Below are positions 12,197 to 24,774 of a DNA stretch of 64,000 bases, piece after piece. The stretch is from positions 155,312,001-155,376,000 of the forward strand of contig NC_058368.1 in the NCBI RefSeq assembly GCF_018350175.1, given 5' to 3'. Made by a program: the position numbers and the translations under genes. The stretch is from Felis catus (lineage: Eukaryota). Position 1 is the first letter of the stretch, and each line of letters begins with the position of its first letter. The notes below the pieces were generated by a model that saw only the letters and a program-made list of their open reading frames with translations, made no database searches and was not told the DNA's origin.

Positions 12197-14811
12197 CGCT
12201 TTTCTTTTTCCTACTTCAAATGTGTGGGATTTTATAGCACAGTGCTAGACCAGCTCAATACCTGATTGAAATAACCCAAGAGGAGGATACAGAGGAAAGG
12301 CTGAATTCAGAATGCTCTGTGAGAGTACATCTGTTTTATATGAGACACACAATCTGTCTCATTCCAACCTGCATTTCTGGGTCACTTGAGACATTTAAAC
12401 TGCACTTATAATTAACAGCTATTTTTAAACAGTGAAAAAATAGAGCACTGGTAAGGTACAAAAGCATTAAAATTGCCCCAGTTTCGCTTTTCAATAGGAC
12501 ACACCACTGCAATATGCTTCAAGATCAAAGAAAGCTCAGAAAAAGAGAGAGCGAGAAAGAGAGAAAGAGAGAGACAGCCCGATCAGTGGGGATAAATTGT
12601 TCCCATTATGATGGTGTAAGAATAGGGTTCTTTCAATTGAAACAATTTAATAACCACATTCATTACATTGGTGTCCACTTGGTTTTATCTGAGCAGTTTT
12701 TGCATAACTGGGGAGCAAGTTCAATTGAGCTTATTCTCTAGAAATTAAGATGTGCAGGGTTTGACATTCAGAAATTAAGCACTAATAGTCGACCAGGCAG
12801 TTGTCTTGAGATTCCCTCTGGATGTAGTGAGATCTGCCTACCACTAATTATGTCAAATGCAAATGCATTCTGTACAAGACCTGCCCCAAATTTTCATCAG
12901 CTCATTTTAAAGCAGTTAAGGTTATATTAGGGTGATGATGGGACAGCAGAGTCTCTTCCTTGGAATATGTTTAAAGAATCACTTTGCAGAGCATCGTTTG
13001 CATAGTGTAAGTATAGAATTGCCATCTGTAAACTTGTTTTTCCCTCAGCTATCAACAGAAGAAATCTTTCGGAGCACTTTTCTAATATTCTGTGAGATCA
13101 AGACAACCAAACAGAATCATGACAAACACTGGAAGTGCTGATTTGATGAACAAGGGGATCATTGATTTTGGAGGGGAAAAAATGACTAATTTTCCAGGGT
13201 TCACTTCAACCGTGGATAGCTACATACTAGAAAAAGTGTTGCATTTTGCCAACTAGTTTTCCTGAGCATGGTTACATTTGCCAGTTCTCAACTGCCCTAT
13301 GGGGCATCGTGTGTCATTTGAAGTGCAGTTTATCCTAAAGAGCTATTTAAAAAGATATTAGGAATGGAACAGTAGAAATGCATAGAGGGGAAAGCCCAAG
13401 GTTTACATATCTTGTAGGAGGAATATACAATCCATTCCTGTCCGCTACCGTCACTAGGCGCTAAATCGTAGACAGGAACATTTAAAAGACATTTCCCAGT
13501 GTACATTCAATCCTTCTTTGTTTTCTTACTGCTGCCAAACACGGCAGAGAAGAGAACTGCTGAAACATTCATTGGGTGGCAACTTCATAACAGTGGCACT
13601 TCTTCTTTCCTTTTTTTCCAGAAGACAAAGCGTAAAAACTAAGAAGTCACCCTTACCTCCACAAAAGCTTTTAAATAATGGCTTTTCCAGGAGCAACTGC
13701 ACTTCTCTCACCAGACCATTTCCCCAGATGGGATGTGCAATATAAAACCACCATAGATTGGCTTATTGAGGAAAGGAGATAGACTTGTACAAATCACTGG
13801 AAAGATAAATAAGCTATAGAGATCAATAAATAAAAGCCAGGAGGAAAAAAAAATCAAACTCCGGCATTCCAGACCAATTAAGATGTTATTTACTGCCCAT
13901 GTGATTGTAACTTCGATGCTCTCCTTCCTTGTTTTCACACCATAGGCATTTGTTTTGCTGAGAGAAAGATATATAACTGATGTGTAAATAGAAAATGATA
14001 TAGATAGATTTTATGTCCCATAAAACTGTTAATCTGTGCTCCACATTAAATATAAAGTACATTTTTTATTTAGACACTGCACTGGTATAATTAAAATAAA
14101 GTATGCTAGCTTTATTTTTTCAGTAAGTCATTTCCAACCATAGAGATCAAATAACAGTGCAACAGCAGCATGAAATGTGGTTATAATAGCCTGAGACCAC
14201 ATTTCCCGAAACTAAAACATGGGAGATAATAGTGTGAAGGTACAAATTAAATGCAAATAAAACAGATTCTCCATTGTTGCTAATCCCTGTATTGGGTTTC
14301 AATGGGGAAATTTCACTATAGTGTTTAACTTCTTTGTATGGTAATCATTGACATGCTATCGGTTACATTTTGAGATCATTGATGGAAACTATCAGTGAAA
14401 GATACTACCTACCCACCTTTCAGGAAGAGAATGGAAGTGGCCTGGACAAAATTAAATAAAAATATACTTCCCAGACTGCCTCCAGGACACTTACGGCAGT
14501 TGGCAAACATTTACTGACTTGTTTCCTAGTTGATGTACATTTTTGCGGCAACCTACTTTTTTCATTCGCCAGTAGACGGTCTTTTTGATTTCCGAGGTGT
14601 GTCAGCATGTCTTAGCAAGATTCCACTTTTGAGGGTGACTGCTCTAAAAACATCTCACTTTTTAACACGAGGGGACTTACAGAGTCTGCTTGTGTTACAG
14701 TTTCTGGTTTTCCTGCATTGTAATAAGCCTATATGGCACTGAGATCAAGAGTGGCTGGTATAGTGCAGATGATTTCAGAGTCAGAAACTATGATTTAAAA
14801 TGAACTTAGAT

Positions 14812-15047
14812 GGGGTGCCTGGGTGGCGCAGTCGGTTAAGCCTCCGACTTCAGCCAGGTCACGATCTCGCGGTCCGTGAGTTTGAGCCCCGCGTCAGGCT
14901 CTGGGCTGATGGCTCAGAGCCTGGAGCCTGTTTCCGATTCTGTGTCTCCCTCTCTCTCTGCCCCTCCCCCGTTCATGCTCTGTCTCTCTCTGTCCCAAAA
15001 AAATAAATAAATAAATGTTGAAAAAAAAATTTTTTTAAATAAATAAA
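14812..15047 (+). mobile_element. Young SINEC_Fc-type SINE with 14-bp TSD
   Basis: CpG-rich 'gcgcagtcggttaagc...cagccaggtcacgatctcgcggtccgtgag'; TSD taaaatgaacttag at 14796-14809 and 15048-15061. Confidence 0.97.
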
Positions 15048-15785
15048 TAAAATGAACTTAGCAGAATCACGCTTTGTTTCTCTCAACCCAGTTTCACATG
15101 GACCTTGCCCCTAGAGTTTAAAATGGCCATTGAGCCCCTGGCTTCTTGGGATTTTCAACTGTGCTGACCTGAGTAGCTGTTTGATGAGATATGGCCTTAT
15201 TCTAGTGCTTCTGGTGAATAATCTCTTTCCAGCCTTTTATAAAGTGGCACTTGTCTTGTAATTCTGTAATTGGCAGCTCTCAACTTTCAGGTAACTTTCC
15301 GGTATGTTACATTCTATACTGTTACACTCAGTAAGAACAAACAGCAGTAAGAGTGTAAGTGAAACAAATAAATTTCCTCCTCACGTCCAAAAACTACCAG
15401 AGACCGACAAAAAGTCTCTGCAGTCCCTTCCTCACTTTGAAGACTTACATTCTGAAAGAATAAAGAGCCACATTTACACGAGTTAACCCCAACTTCATCC
15501 TTTTTCCTTCTTCTCCAAAATAAGGGGCACACAAGATGCATTGGGGTGCAAAGAAACCATTAGGAGATCCATTTTACTTATTTATATACTAAAAAGAAAT
15601 CCATCGTTTCTAATAGTATATATACTATTAATAGAAATAATAGTAGGATGGTTTAGAAGGAAATGTACATATTTTGGGTTACATAATCAAAAGTTTAAAA
15701 CTATTTTCATGCAACATTTTAAAAGTTTGGGAACTGCAACTAACTCTCCAAATACTTGCATGAGAAAGAACTCTCAGGGATTCCC

Positions 15786-16582
15786 TGTGGTAGGCAGATT
15801 AACGCCATCAACTCCCTCTCCCCATCAAAGATGTTCAAGTCCCATTATCCAGAATCGGTAAATATAGATTACTTGACAAAAGAGATATTTAAGACGTGTT
15901 TTAAGATATGGACCCTGAGATGGGGCGATTATCCTGGATTCTCTGGGTGGGCCCAATCTAATCATGATTCCTCAAAGGTATAAAATTTTATACCTATATA
16001 TATAAATATACCTATATATATATAATAAATATAAATATATAATATATATAATATATAAATATATATAATATATATATAAATATATATAATATATATAACA
16101 TATATATAAATATATATAAATATACCTATATATATATAAATATACCTATATATATAAATATATATATACCTATATATATATATACCTATATATATATATA
16201 TAAAATATTATACCTCAAAGGTATAATATTTTCCAGCTGCAGTCAGAGAAAGAGAAAAGTGATAGTGGAAAAGAGTCAGATGCCATGTGAGAAGGATTTG
16301 ACTCACCACTATTTTGAAGAAACTGCTAGTTTTGAAAAAAAAAAACTGCTAGTTTTTGAGGAAGAGGCCACAAGTCAAGGAAAGCAGGTGGTGTCTAGAA
16401 GCTAGAAAAGGCAAGAGAAAGGACACGCCTCCAGAGCCTCCAGAAAGAATGTAGCTTTGTCAACAAGTGATTTTAGCCCCATGAGACCTTTGAACTACTG
16501 AAATGTGAGCTAATAAATTTGTATTATTTCAAGCCACTAAATTTGTGGTAATTTGCTATGGCGGCAACAGGAAACTTATATA
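15786..16582 (+). mobile_element. MaLR solo LTR (MLT1D-like) interrupted by a TA-rich insertion
   Basis: Starts 'tgtggtaggcaga'; contains 'gattatcctggatt..ctgggtgggccc' and 'ctagaagctagaaaaggcaag'; ends 'aagccactaaatttgtggtaatttg...aggaaacttatata'. Confidence 0.88.
15990..16212. repeat. TA-rich low-complexity array with recurrent 'tatacct' units
   Basis: Direct reading of the sequence. Confidence 0.95.
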
Positions 16583-19500
16583 CTCCATCTGCCCTAACTA
16601 ATTCTGACTGCTGGAGTATTAGGACAGATCAAAGTACTACACCAAATGGATTCAAGCTGCAATCATTTAAACATTTTTTGGTCAGCATCTCCTGAATTTG
16701 CATCACTAGGGGAACACATAACAGTGAAGTCTGACATGAGAAGTTGATGAAATATTATTTGCAAAAATGGAAATAGAAGAGGAAAAAGTTCTTTGGTCAA
16801 GAAGAGGTAAGTTTTCAGATATGATCTTCCTCCATTATCTGAACATTATCTGCAGTGCCATCAAATATCACAAAAGAGTAAAACAGCTGACCTTGGAAGA
16901 AGTTGCATTTTCCCCCAAATCTAAGGCACTTAGAGAATTTTAAAAGTCATTCTTCAATATTTGAACTTCAAAAGGTAAAATTTCCAGGAATGACAGTATC
17001 GTGCTGGAAACATTAATGTGCCAGCATGAAATAATATCATTCTGTAGGAGGTAATAAAGGTATGAATTATGTCAAATTGTATTTGGCTCATGGATGTTAC
17101 TGTGCTTCTTATGGGCAGATACAGCTAACAGGCACAAGAACACCTGCCTGTCTCCCTCAGAAAATTAAAGTCATGTGCACAAACATCAGTCTACGAAATT
17201 AGGGGACCATTTGTGGCAAAATGAAAATGTGCCCTGTTACAGATACACTTCCCAAGGATATGGAGTATCTCTTGTTACAGCAGAACATAATTTTTCTCCT
17301 GGTCTTGCTCACTGTAGAAAGAACCATTAAGCCATTTACATTACAAGTGGTGGCTTCTACTCCCGATAGGTAATATAATATGCTAAATGAACTTGCTGCT
17401 ATGCTATATAGTGCTCTATTATAGACTTTCGCCATTAATTGGTTTGGGGTCATTGGCCATCTCAGTTAATGTGAGGAATCCATTGTTCTTTAAGCAAAAT
17501 GTTCAATAGCATCTCGCATTGAAATGGGCCAGATTCAAATGATATGCATCGTTATGCATGTGCCAAGGTACAAGTGTATGGGTTTTCCTGCATTTGTATT
17601 TAGGGTAAGAAAACAGAGTCCAATTTTTAAAGTTTAAATAAAGTGTTTACAGGTGTTATTTTGTCCCAAAGTTGTTCAAAGTCTGAGGAAATGTAGCCCG
17701 AGGAAAACACAAAAATCTGTAAGCCTCACGGTGATTTAACCCTTCTGGAGCTAAAGCACTAAGAAGGGAAAGCTGCCTTTCTCTTCTTTGCCCCCGTCTG
17801 CAGCTGCATGTAGATAACACTGCAAAGAGAACCATCACTTCTGCTACAACCTGGGTAATAATGTGCTCAGTTAATCTACACAACATAGAGTCATCCTCTC
17901 AAAAAGTAATTCACTTCTTTAAAAACTGGAAGGAAAATAAATATGGTGCAGTAAAATTGTTGAGTAGAGGAATCTATCTGGACATTTCACAAAACATTTC
18001 ATTATGCTGACAATTCCCAGAAGTACTCTCAAGAGTGCTTTAAGCTGAGGATTACTGCACTGGAGCTGATGGACTTTTTTTGTAGCCCCTTTAAAAGGCA
18101 GTGAACCGTTTTTCTATTTTATTTAAATAATGCCCCTTAAAATGGATTTTTAGAGGTATAATAACTCCTTAAGAGTCAGTTATGCTAAACAGTTTCTCTT
18201 GATAGAAATGTTGTAAAACTCGTTAACTGCACAATTTCAGATGCCGGCTTGGTGAACACTAACTGACATGTGAATGACCAGAGTTTGTAAAATAAATTGC
18301 AATAGTTGTTGTATCACACAGCTAGCATTGCACAAGCTGGAGGCCACGAGGGGCTCCAACCTGACAGAAAATTACTTCAAGATGAATGAAAAGTGCTTGT
18401 TGCTCTTTATTAGTTTTTAGAGAACAATGAAAATGTTGAATTGTTTACAGAGGGCTGATTAAATGTGGTCAGTGGGGCCATGTCCCTACTGCTAACTGTT
18501 GGCCTCCTTCTCTCACTGACCCCCAACCTACCCACTCACACGCCACCTACTCCAAGCACCCAACCCCCACCCTTAGCTCCCTGCCACATGCATCTTCTTA
18601 AGAGGCTATTATGGCTGCACATCTGTGTGTGAAATGTGCTCATTCTGACATTCCACTGCTGCTCAGAGCTGCAGAGGCCTTTGTTGGGTAAAACACTATT
18701 GTCAACTCTAACAAGCAGGTCGTGCAATTTGCTGGACACTGCGGCAGAGAATAGCCCAGGATGAATTGCTTTGGCCTCAAACAATGCTCAGTTCCATACT
18801 GGAATACATATGTACTTCTTTCAATGTGCAGTACTACAAAAAGTCATGACATTTTGGGTTTTTTAAGGCTTTGATTTAAAAATATATACACATGATGCTA
18901 GGGTTAGACTACCACAAAATAGCCTATTTGTTATATTTACTTAGGATAACTACTGTCTTATGGCTAAAGGAAAAAGGCATGAAGTGCTTTAATTGGTCAT
19001 TTGTGGTTTAAATCCCATTTATGTTTTACCAGAAAGCACAGTGAAAGGAAAGGCACTAGCTACCATTTTAGCTGACTCTTTGGTGTACTTAAAGGGGTGG
19101 TCAAAAACAGGGCATTTAGGAGGATGTTGTGGAGAATGATTCTCACTTTATATTTCCACAAAGTAAACAGCCTTTGATGGAAAGAAATATGAGAGCTCAT
19201 TAATAAGCACATGCCAAACAGGAAGAAAAAACAGTCCTTTTACCAGACCAAGCTAAGTGAATCAGATCCAGAAGATGTTTGAGTAAACTAAAAAATTAAG
19301 GAAAAGCAAATCACTGCCACCCGGCTCAACAAACAGCCTTCCATGGCCCATCTCCTTCCTCACTCCTAACCTCACCCTTACACGCACACGCGTGCACACA
19401 CACGTCAGGGAAATCAGCGGTAACGGAGCAGTTCAAGTGCTATTTGTGGCATTCTGACACAACACATGGTACACACCCCTAATGTGTAAGCAGGACTCTC

Positions 19501-19954
19501 TTTCCCTCTGTGCAGAATATGCATTCTGAGCCTATTATGTGTATAAACAATGGCATATGTAATTACCTTACTAGGGTGGCAATTATTCCTCAGAATCAAC
19601 AACCAGAGTTAAAGCATGTTCCCCTAAAAGACATTTGGGGATCAATTCTGGGTCAATTACGTCAGGCTTTGATTTATCACATGGTGTCAGGCTGTGTTAA
19701 AAAAAGAAAGTTAAAAAAAAAAGGCATTATGAGATAAAGGCTAAAGGCTTGACTCAAATTGGTTTGTTTCCAACTTTGCTTTCTCCCAATTGCTCTGCCC
19801 TCCCCCATTCTCAAAACAACTGTGATTTGCTGGGTTTTATCTGTTAGACAGTTTGCTGTTTGGGAATACTAAATGAAATGATTCTGGACTACGTCCAGAT
19901 TTGATCTGCCCCCACACCACCAGGCACTGGGAATTTCTCCTGGGATGCAGCAGA

Positions 19955-20160
19955 GGGGAGAGGTTAATAGTTCAGGCTTTAGAATCTAAGAGATCTGGAT
20001 TTAGATCCCCATGACTTAAGCAAGATACATACATATCTCCGCAGTAGATAATACCTACTTCAGATGGTTGCTGTAAGGTTTAAATGAGATAATTAAGTGA
20101 GAGAATATGTGTAAAAACACTTAGCTCAGCGCCTGGCATGTCGTGAATACCCAGTGAATA
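19955..20160 (+). mobile_element. MIR SINE
   Basis: 'ataatacctacttcagatggttgctgtaaggtttaaatgagataa...cacttagctcagcgcctggca'. Confidence 0.8.
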
Positions 20161-20489
20161 GAGTGATTGCTCTTCTATTGGTGGACAAGCCAGAGGAGGA
20201 GAAGCGGAACAGCCCCTCCAAAGGCCCACCCCTATTGAGCTGGCCAAGGGCCAGAGGAAGCAGAGTGGATGTTAGTACAAATCACAGGGCTGAACTGATG
20301 AATCCAAGACACTCATTCAGAAGCCCAGGGGACTAGACCGTATATGAAGAATCCAGTTGATTTGGGACTCATTCTAACGAGACTGACTATAAACTACAAA
20401 CCAGTGAAGGTGCTACTCTGTTAGCAAGACCCCTCTGTCTTTTTATAGAGTTTTAAGAACCACAGAAAAAAAGCTACTTTACACATTTT

Positions 20490-20570
20490 AATCACCAAAT
20501 GTTACTCAACATATACTTACTATGCACCAGGTACTGTGCTAGGTTCTGGGAACACAGAGATGGTCCCTCC
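20490..20570 (-). mobile_element. L2 3' end fragment
   Basis: 'cttactatgcaccaggtactgtgctaggttctgggaacacagagatg'. Confidence 0.6.
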
Positions 20571-21769
20571 ACAAATTTTTCCCAGAATAGGAAACAAATG
20601 CTACAGTTTCATACAATATAGTTTTGTAACTCAGGTTAACAAATATCCGCTATCACCATCAGGAGTTTGGGGGCAGGCATCCTATTAAGGATGACTCATA
20701 CAACTAAAGTTATCAGTCAAATTAGAACTATTCCTTATTGAGGAGCAAATAAAAGTTTTTGGAAATTAAGTAAAGAAAGGAAGGTATGAGAATTCTTATC
20801 AAATTCTTTCGGAAGCAATATAATTTCCTATTCAAAGAACATTTTAAATCCACTTTCTATGGAGCAACATTGTTTATTCAGTAAGAGGGAAACAGCACTT
20901 ACACGATTCATTTCTCAAAGGGCACATGGTGCTATTGGCAGTATGTATTGGCAGCTTAATTAAGAAGTCTGTTGATAATGATTTTAAGAAAAAAAAAGCT
21001 GGCACATTTTCAATTCAGATGGACACTACTGAAGACAAAGACATGTCTATTGTTGGTTCGTACATGCTAAAATGTGTTACATACACTACATAAAATGTCT
21101 GGTGTCTGCAGTCATATTAGTGCCTTAACATTGGAAAAATCATGACTTATTCCCAGATCAGAAATAAATTTTTGAAAAAACTGTACAGTAATTTTGGAAC
21201 ATAGAAGACAACACAATGAATACTAAAACAGCCAAGTTTTCCTACAGAGTCACTGCCTAGGTCTGTTTTGCTCCTTCCCTGCCCTATCTTGGGTCCATGA
21301 GCTTTCCCAAGTTTGATCCAAATCTTCCCTTCCCCACGCTAATAACTTACTCAGAATGTCAGGCCCCTAGGGCACAGAAGGTAGAGGCCTACAGAGACAA
21401 CAGATGTAATTCATCTACCTACTCTGCAAGAAATGTACAAACACAATATACTTTTCCAACAGACAATCTACACCTAAAGGGGAAAAAAAAGAATTTAATT
21501 CAATTAACTCCAACTATAATGTGTTAATATCTCTAACATCTACTGAATATTTATAAAATCAATGAAATAAATCCTACCTATTGAAACTCCAAAAAAATGG
21601 AAGATGTCCTGAGTTGCCCACATTAGATTATTTTGTTTTGTTTTGTTTTGTTTTGTTTTGTGTTTTATTAAAGGGATTTAAAATACTTGCAGAATACACT
21701 TTTCCATTCATTTGTTTTCTATCTTAGGGACACACTTAATTAAGAGCAGAAGAAAAAAAGTGCCCTGAA

Positions 21770-21875
21770 ACTAATTGTAAATCCATTGAAGGCAGGAAAC
21801 ACATCCTAATTGTCTCCCTCATTTTCCCTCCCCTATTTTGTGCAGTGATTCACACATAGTAAGTACTCAATTAAG
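21770..21875 (+). mobile_element. L2 3' end fragment
   Basis: 'tgtaaatccattgaaggcagg...cacacatagtaagtactcaat'. Confidence 0.55.
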
Positions 21876-24552
21876 CTGAAAAGACAATGCATGTTTCAAT
21901 TCACATTAATTTGGAGGGGTTGCATTGATTTAAGGAACAGCTGAGACAAAAAAGGATAAGTTCAATCTTTCCTGATTTATGGCTAGTGAGGCACACTGTC
22001 TTGAAAACTTTGCCGAAGCTTGTGTAACACTGGCATCATTAACTGCTGGCCACTGTGGCATTCTTAATGTCTTGATTTGTTTGCATTTTTGCTGATGGTA
22101 ACAAGATGATTCTCCAACGGCTGTCTTTCCAATAAGAAAATGTGAAAGGTGATGTGAAGCAGGTATTCAGTGAAGCAGGTATTCAGTCTACCCCTGTCCT
22201 ACAGACAGTACATCTGTGAACAAAATGGAAACAAATGATTAATCCAAGCCTTTCTAAGAGCAACTTTTCAGAAGTACAGCAGTTGGTCTTTTGGTGATCA
22301 CTACAATTATTTAGCTCAAACTTTCAAAAATACAACCAAGATCTTTGGTGGTGATAATGCTGTTGAAAGTTATCTTTCCTTACCTTAAATAATGACTTTG
22401 AAACCCATGCCACCCAGGTGCAGATCCGAGCCCTAATAAAATCAGAGACACCACATATCTATACATTTTGAAGACAAAATGTCCCTATCCAGGTAAGGAA
22501 TCTGCATTTTCTTCCCTTGCCTCCATAAACAGGAATAAACCCCTCCTGAGGTGCTGAGCCCTATCCCTTAATGAATAGTAAATTTTTGTCCATGCCTGTG
22601 TCCCATCAGGTGGCACCAAAGTGGATGGCCAGGAAATCACAGCTGCAGACAGCCTCCTGCTGTGAAGCAATCAGGCTGGGGAGGAGCACTCTTTATTCAG
22701 CAAAGGCTCTGAACTAACCAGGTAAGTAAAAGAAGCATAAACACTTCAAAGGTCACCTCCGGCGGACAAGGCCCCTTGATAGCAACAGACAGATACAGGT
22801 AGGCCCCACCTTAGGCTTTTCAGTCATACTCAGGCACATGCACCTTACTAACACTATCTTAGAACAGGAAAGAAAACCATCTTTGCAAGAAACATTCACA
22901 TGCTCAAGGGCTATTTCTCTCTAAAATGTCCCACTGCAGACCCACTGCAGTTGAGATGTAAAGCCAACAAACACACAAGTAAGCTTAGCCTTAACACATT
23001 TATTCACTAATTTACTTTATTTATTTGGGTTTTTTAAAAAGCAGGCACAAAGTAATGTGCTTAAAGCACCCTTCAGCTCATGAACAAAAATGTCATACTA
23101 TATGAGCATTTAATATCAGCCTGGAATCATTTTAGGTTTTTCCTTCTCTACCCATTGTATCAAACTTGTCACTGAAACATCTTCTTAATTTGAAATGTCT
23201 TTTGCAGTGCCCTTTACTTCTGAATTTCTACTAAATCCTCCCTACCCCTTTGTCAAGACCTGATCTCCTCTGCCTGGCATATGACAGACTCCTAGCTATG
23301 CCTACATCTCCTCTGCTCTAGTCTCAATTCCTTCCAGGTGATGCTACCTCCACTGGGCCTCCACTGCAGCCATTCGCTCCAAGATCTGTCTGAGCTCGGT
23401 CCCCTGAAGTCTCTACTAAAGAGGCTCAGCCCAGCTGTGACCTTCAACCCATCCTCATCAGGCAGGCAAAAGAGAAGCAACCTCAGCCCACCAGATAGCA
23501 GGAACCGTATTCCTTCCTTGGCCACAAGTGCACTGAATTGCACTGAGTTTACACGGCTTCATCATTTCTCCGTTTCCCTGCTTCCTCTAGACATGTTGGC
23601 CCAATCTTTGGAGCTGCCTTTAACCTTGACTAGTTTCCCTCTTTCCTTCAATACCATGTGCCTTGCCCTGAACTTAAACCTACTTGACTAGGGCCATGAC
23701 ACTACACTTCCCCAGATTCTATTCCAGAACTCCAGCTGCTGGCTGGGATCCAGCTACGATTAGATTGCTCCCTGCCATGACACCACCATTCATGACTCAA
23801 TCTCACCTGCTGTCTACATTCTAGTTAACCAAGTCTCCTGCTGAATTGGATCTCCTCAGTTTCTTTCGTGACCCAGCCCTAAGATCATCACTTCCTCTTG
23901 TTCACTGTGAACTAGACTGCGGGCTAACCCTAGTGCAGGCAGACTCCAGTCCCTGATACACCTAGCCTTGACTTCTCTTATTCCCTGGCAACCTATGTCA
24001 CTGAGATACTGCATAGAAACCCTGTCTTCTCAGCCTACACAAATTCTACTTAAGAGGCTAGTTTTTATAATATCTACAATGTCTTTATATTTATTCATTC
24101 ATTCAATTTCCTAACTTATCCTCCCTTCATTCCATAAAAACTTAAAAGAGGTTAACATTAACTTAATTAAAAAAAAAAAAAAACAACAACTTACATGACT
24201 ACCTACAGGTTAACTCCTGCCTGAATTCTGAAGTACCCTACTTTCCTATTCTACTTCACTCTCTGGTCTCCAAAATGAAGTCTCTGCTTCAGGCACACAG
24301 ATGCACTGACCTCTAAGCTCATTATGCATCACCCCCTCTTTTCTGCCTTCTTAATTAGTTCCTTTCATCCTTTGGCACCTCACTTGTGACATGATCTAAA
24401 AAGCTTTCCCCAAGAAACAAATCCACATTGACTTATCTCTTACCTGGGTTCTTCTGGAATAATCAATAACACACAGTTCAACTACTTAATCTTCACCAAA
24501 TGTTTCATATCTATTAGCTCCCAGATGATTAATTCTTTGAAAAGTGGGATAC

Positions 24553-24774
24553 GGGGGTGCCTGGGTGGCTCAATCAGTTGAGCAACCGACTTCGGCTCAG
24601 GTCATGATCTCACAGCTTGTGAGTTCGAGCCCCGCGTCGGGCTCAGTGCTGACAGCTCGGAGCCTGCTTTGGATTCTGCGTCTCCCTCTCTCTCTGCCCT
24701 AACCCACTCGCATTCTGTCTCTGTCTCTCTCAAAAATAAATAAACATTAAAAAAATTTTAATTAAAAAAAAAAA
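24553..24774 (+). mobile_element. Can-SINE with 13-bp TSD
   Basis: Standard head and tail; TSD gaaaagtgggata at 24539-24551 and 24775-24787. Confidence 0.96.

Noticed and set aside
22610..22721. Plus-strand exon-like segment (cccatcag|...CAG|gtaagt)
   Set aside because: Stops in all frames and no partner exons; it shows that good splice-site pairs occur on both strands by chance, which is why the other exon candidates are scored low
23270..24010. Pyrimidine-skewed stretch resembling very old LTRs (also 5680-6010 and 9500-9950)
   Set aside because: I could not assign a family or boundaries by eye, so it is not listed as a feature; it needs a Dfam search
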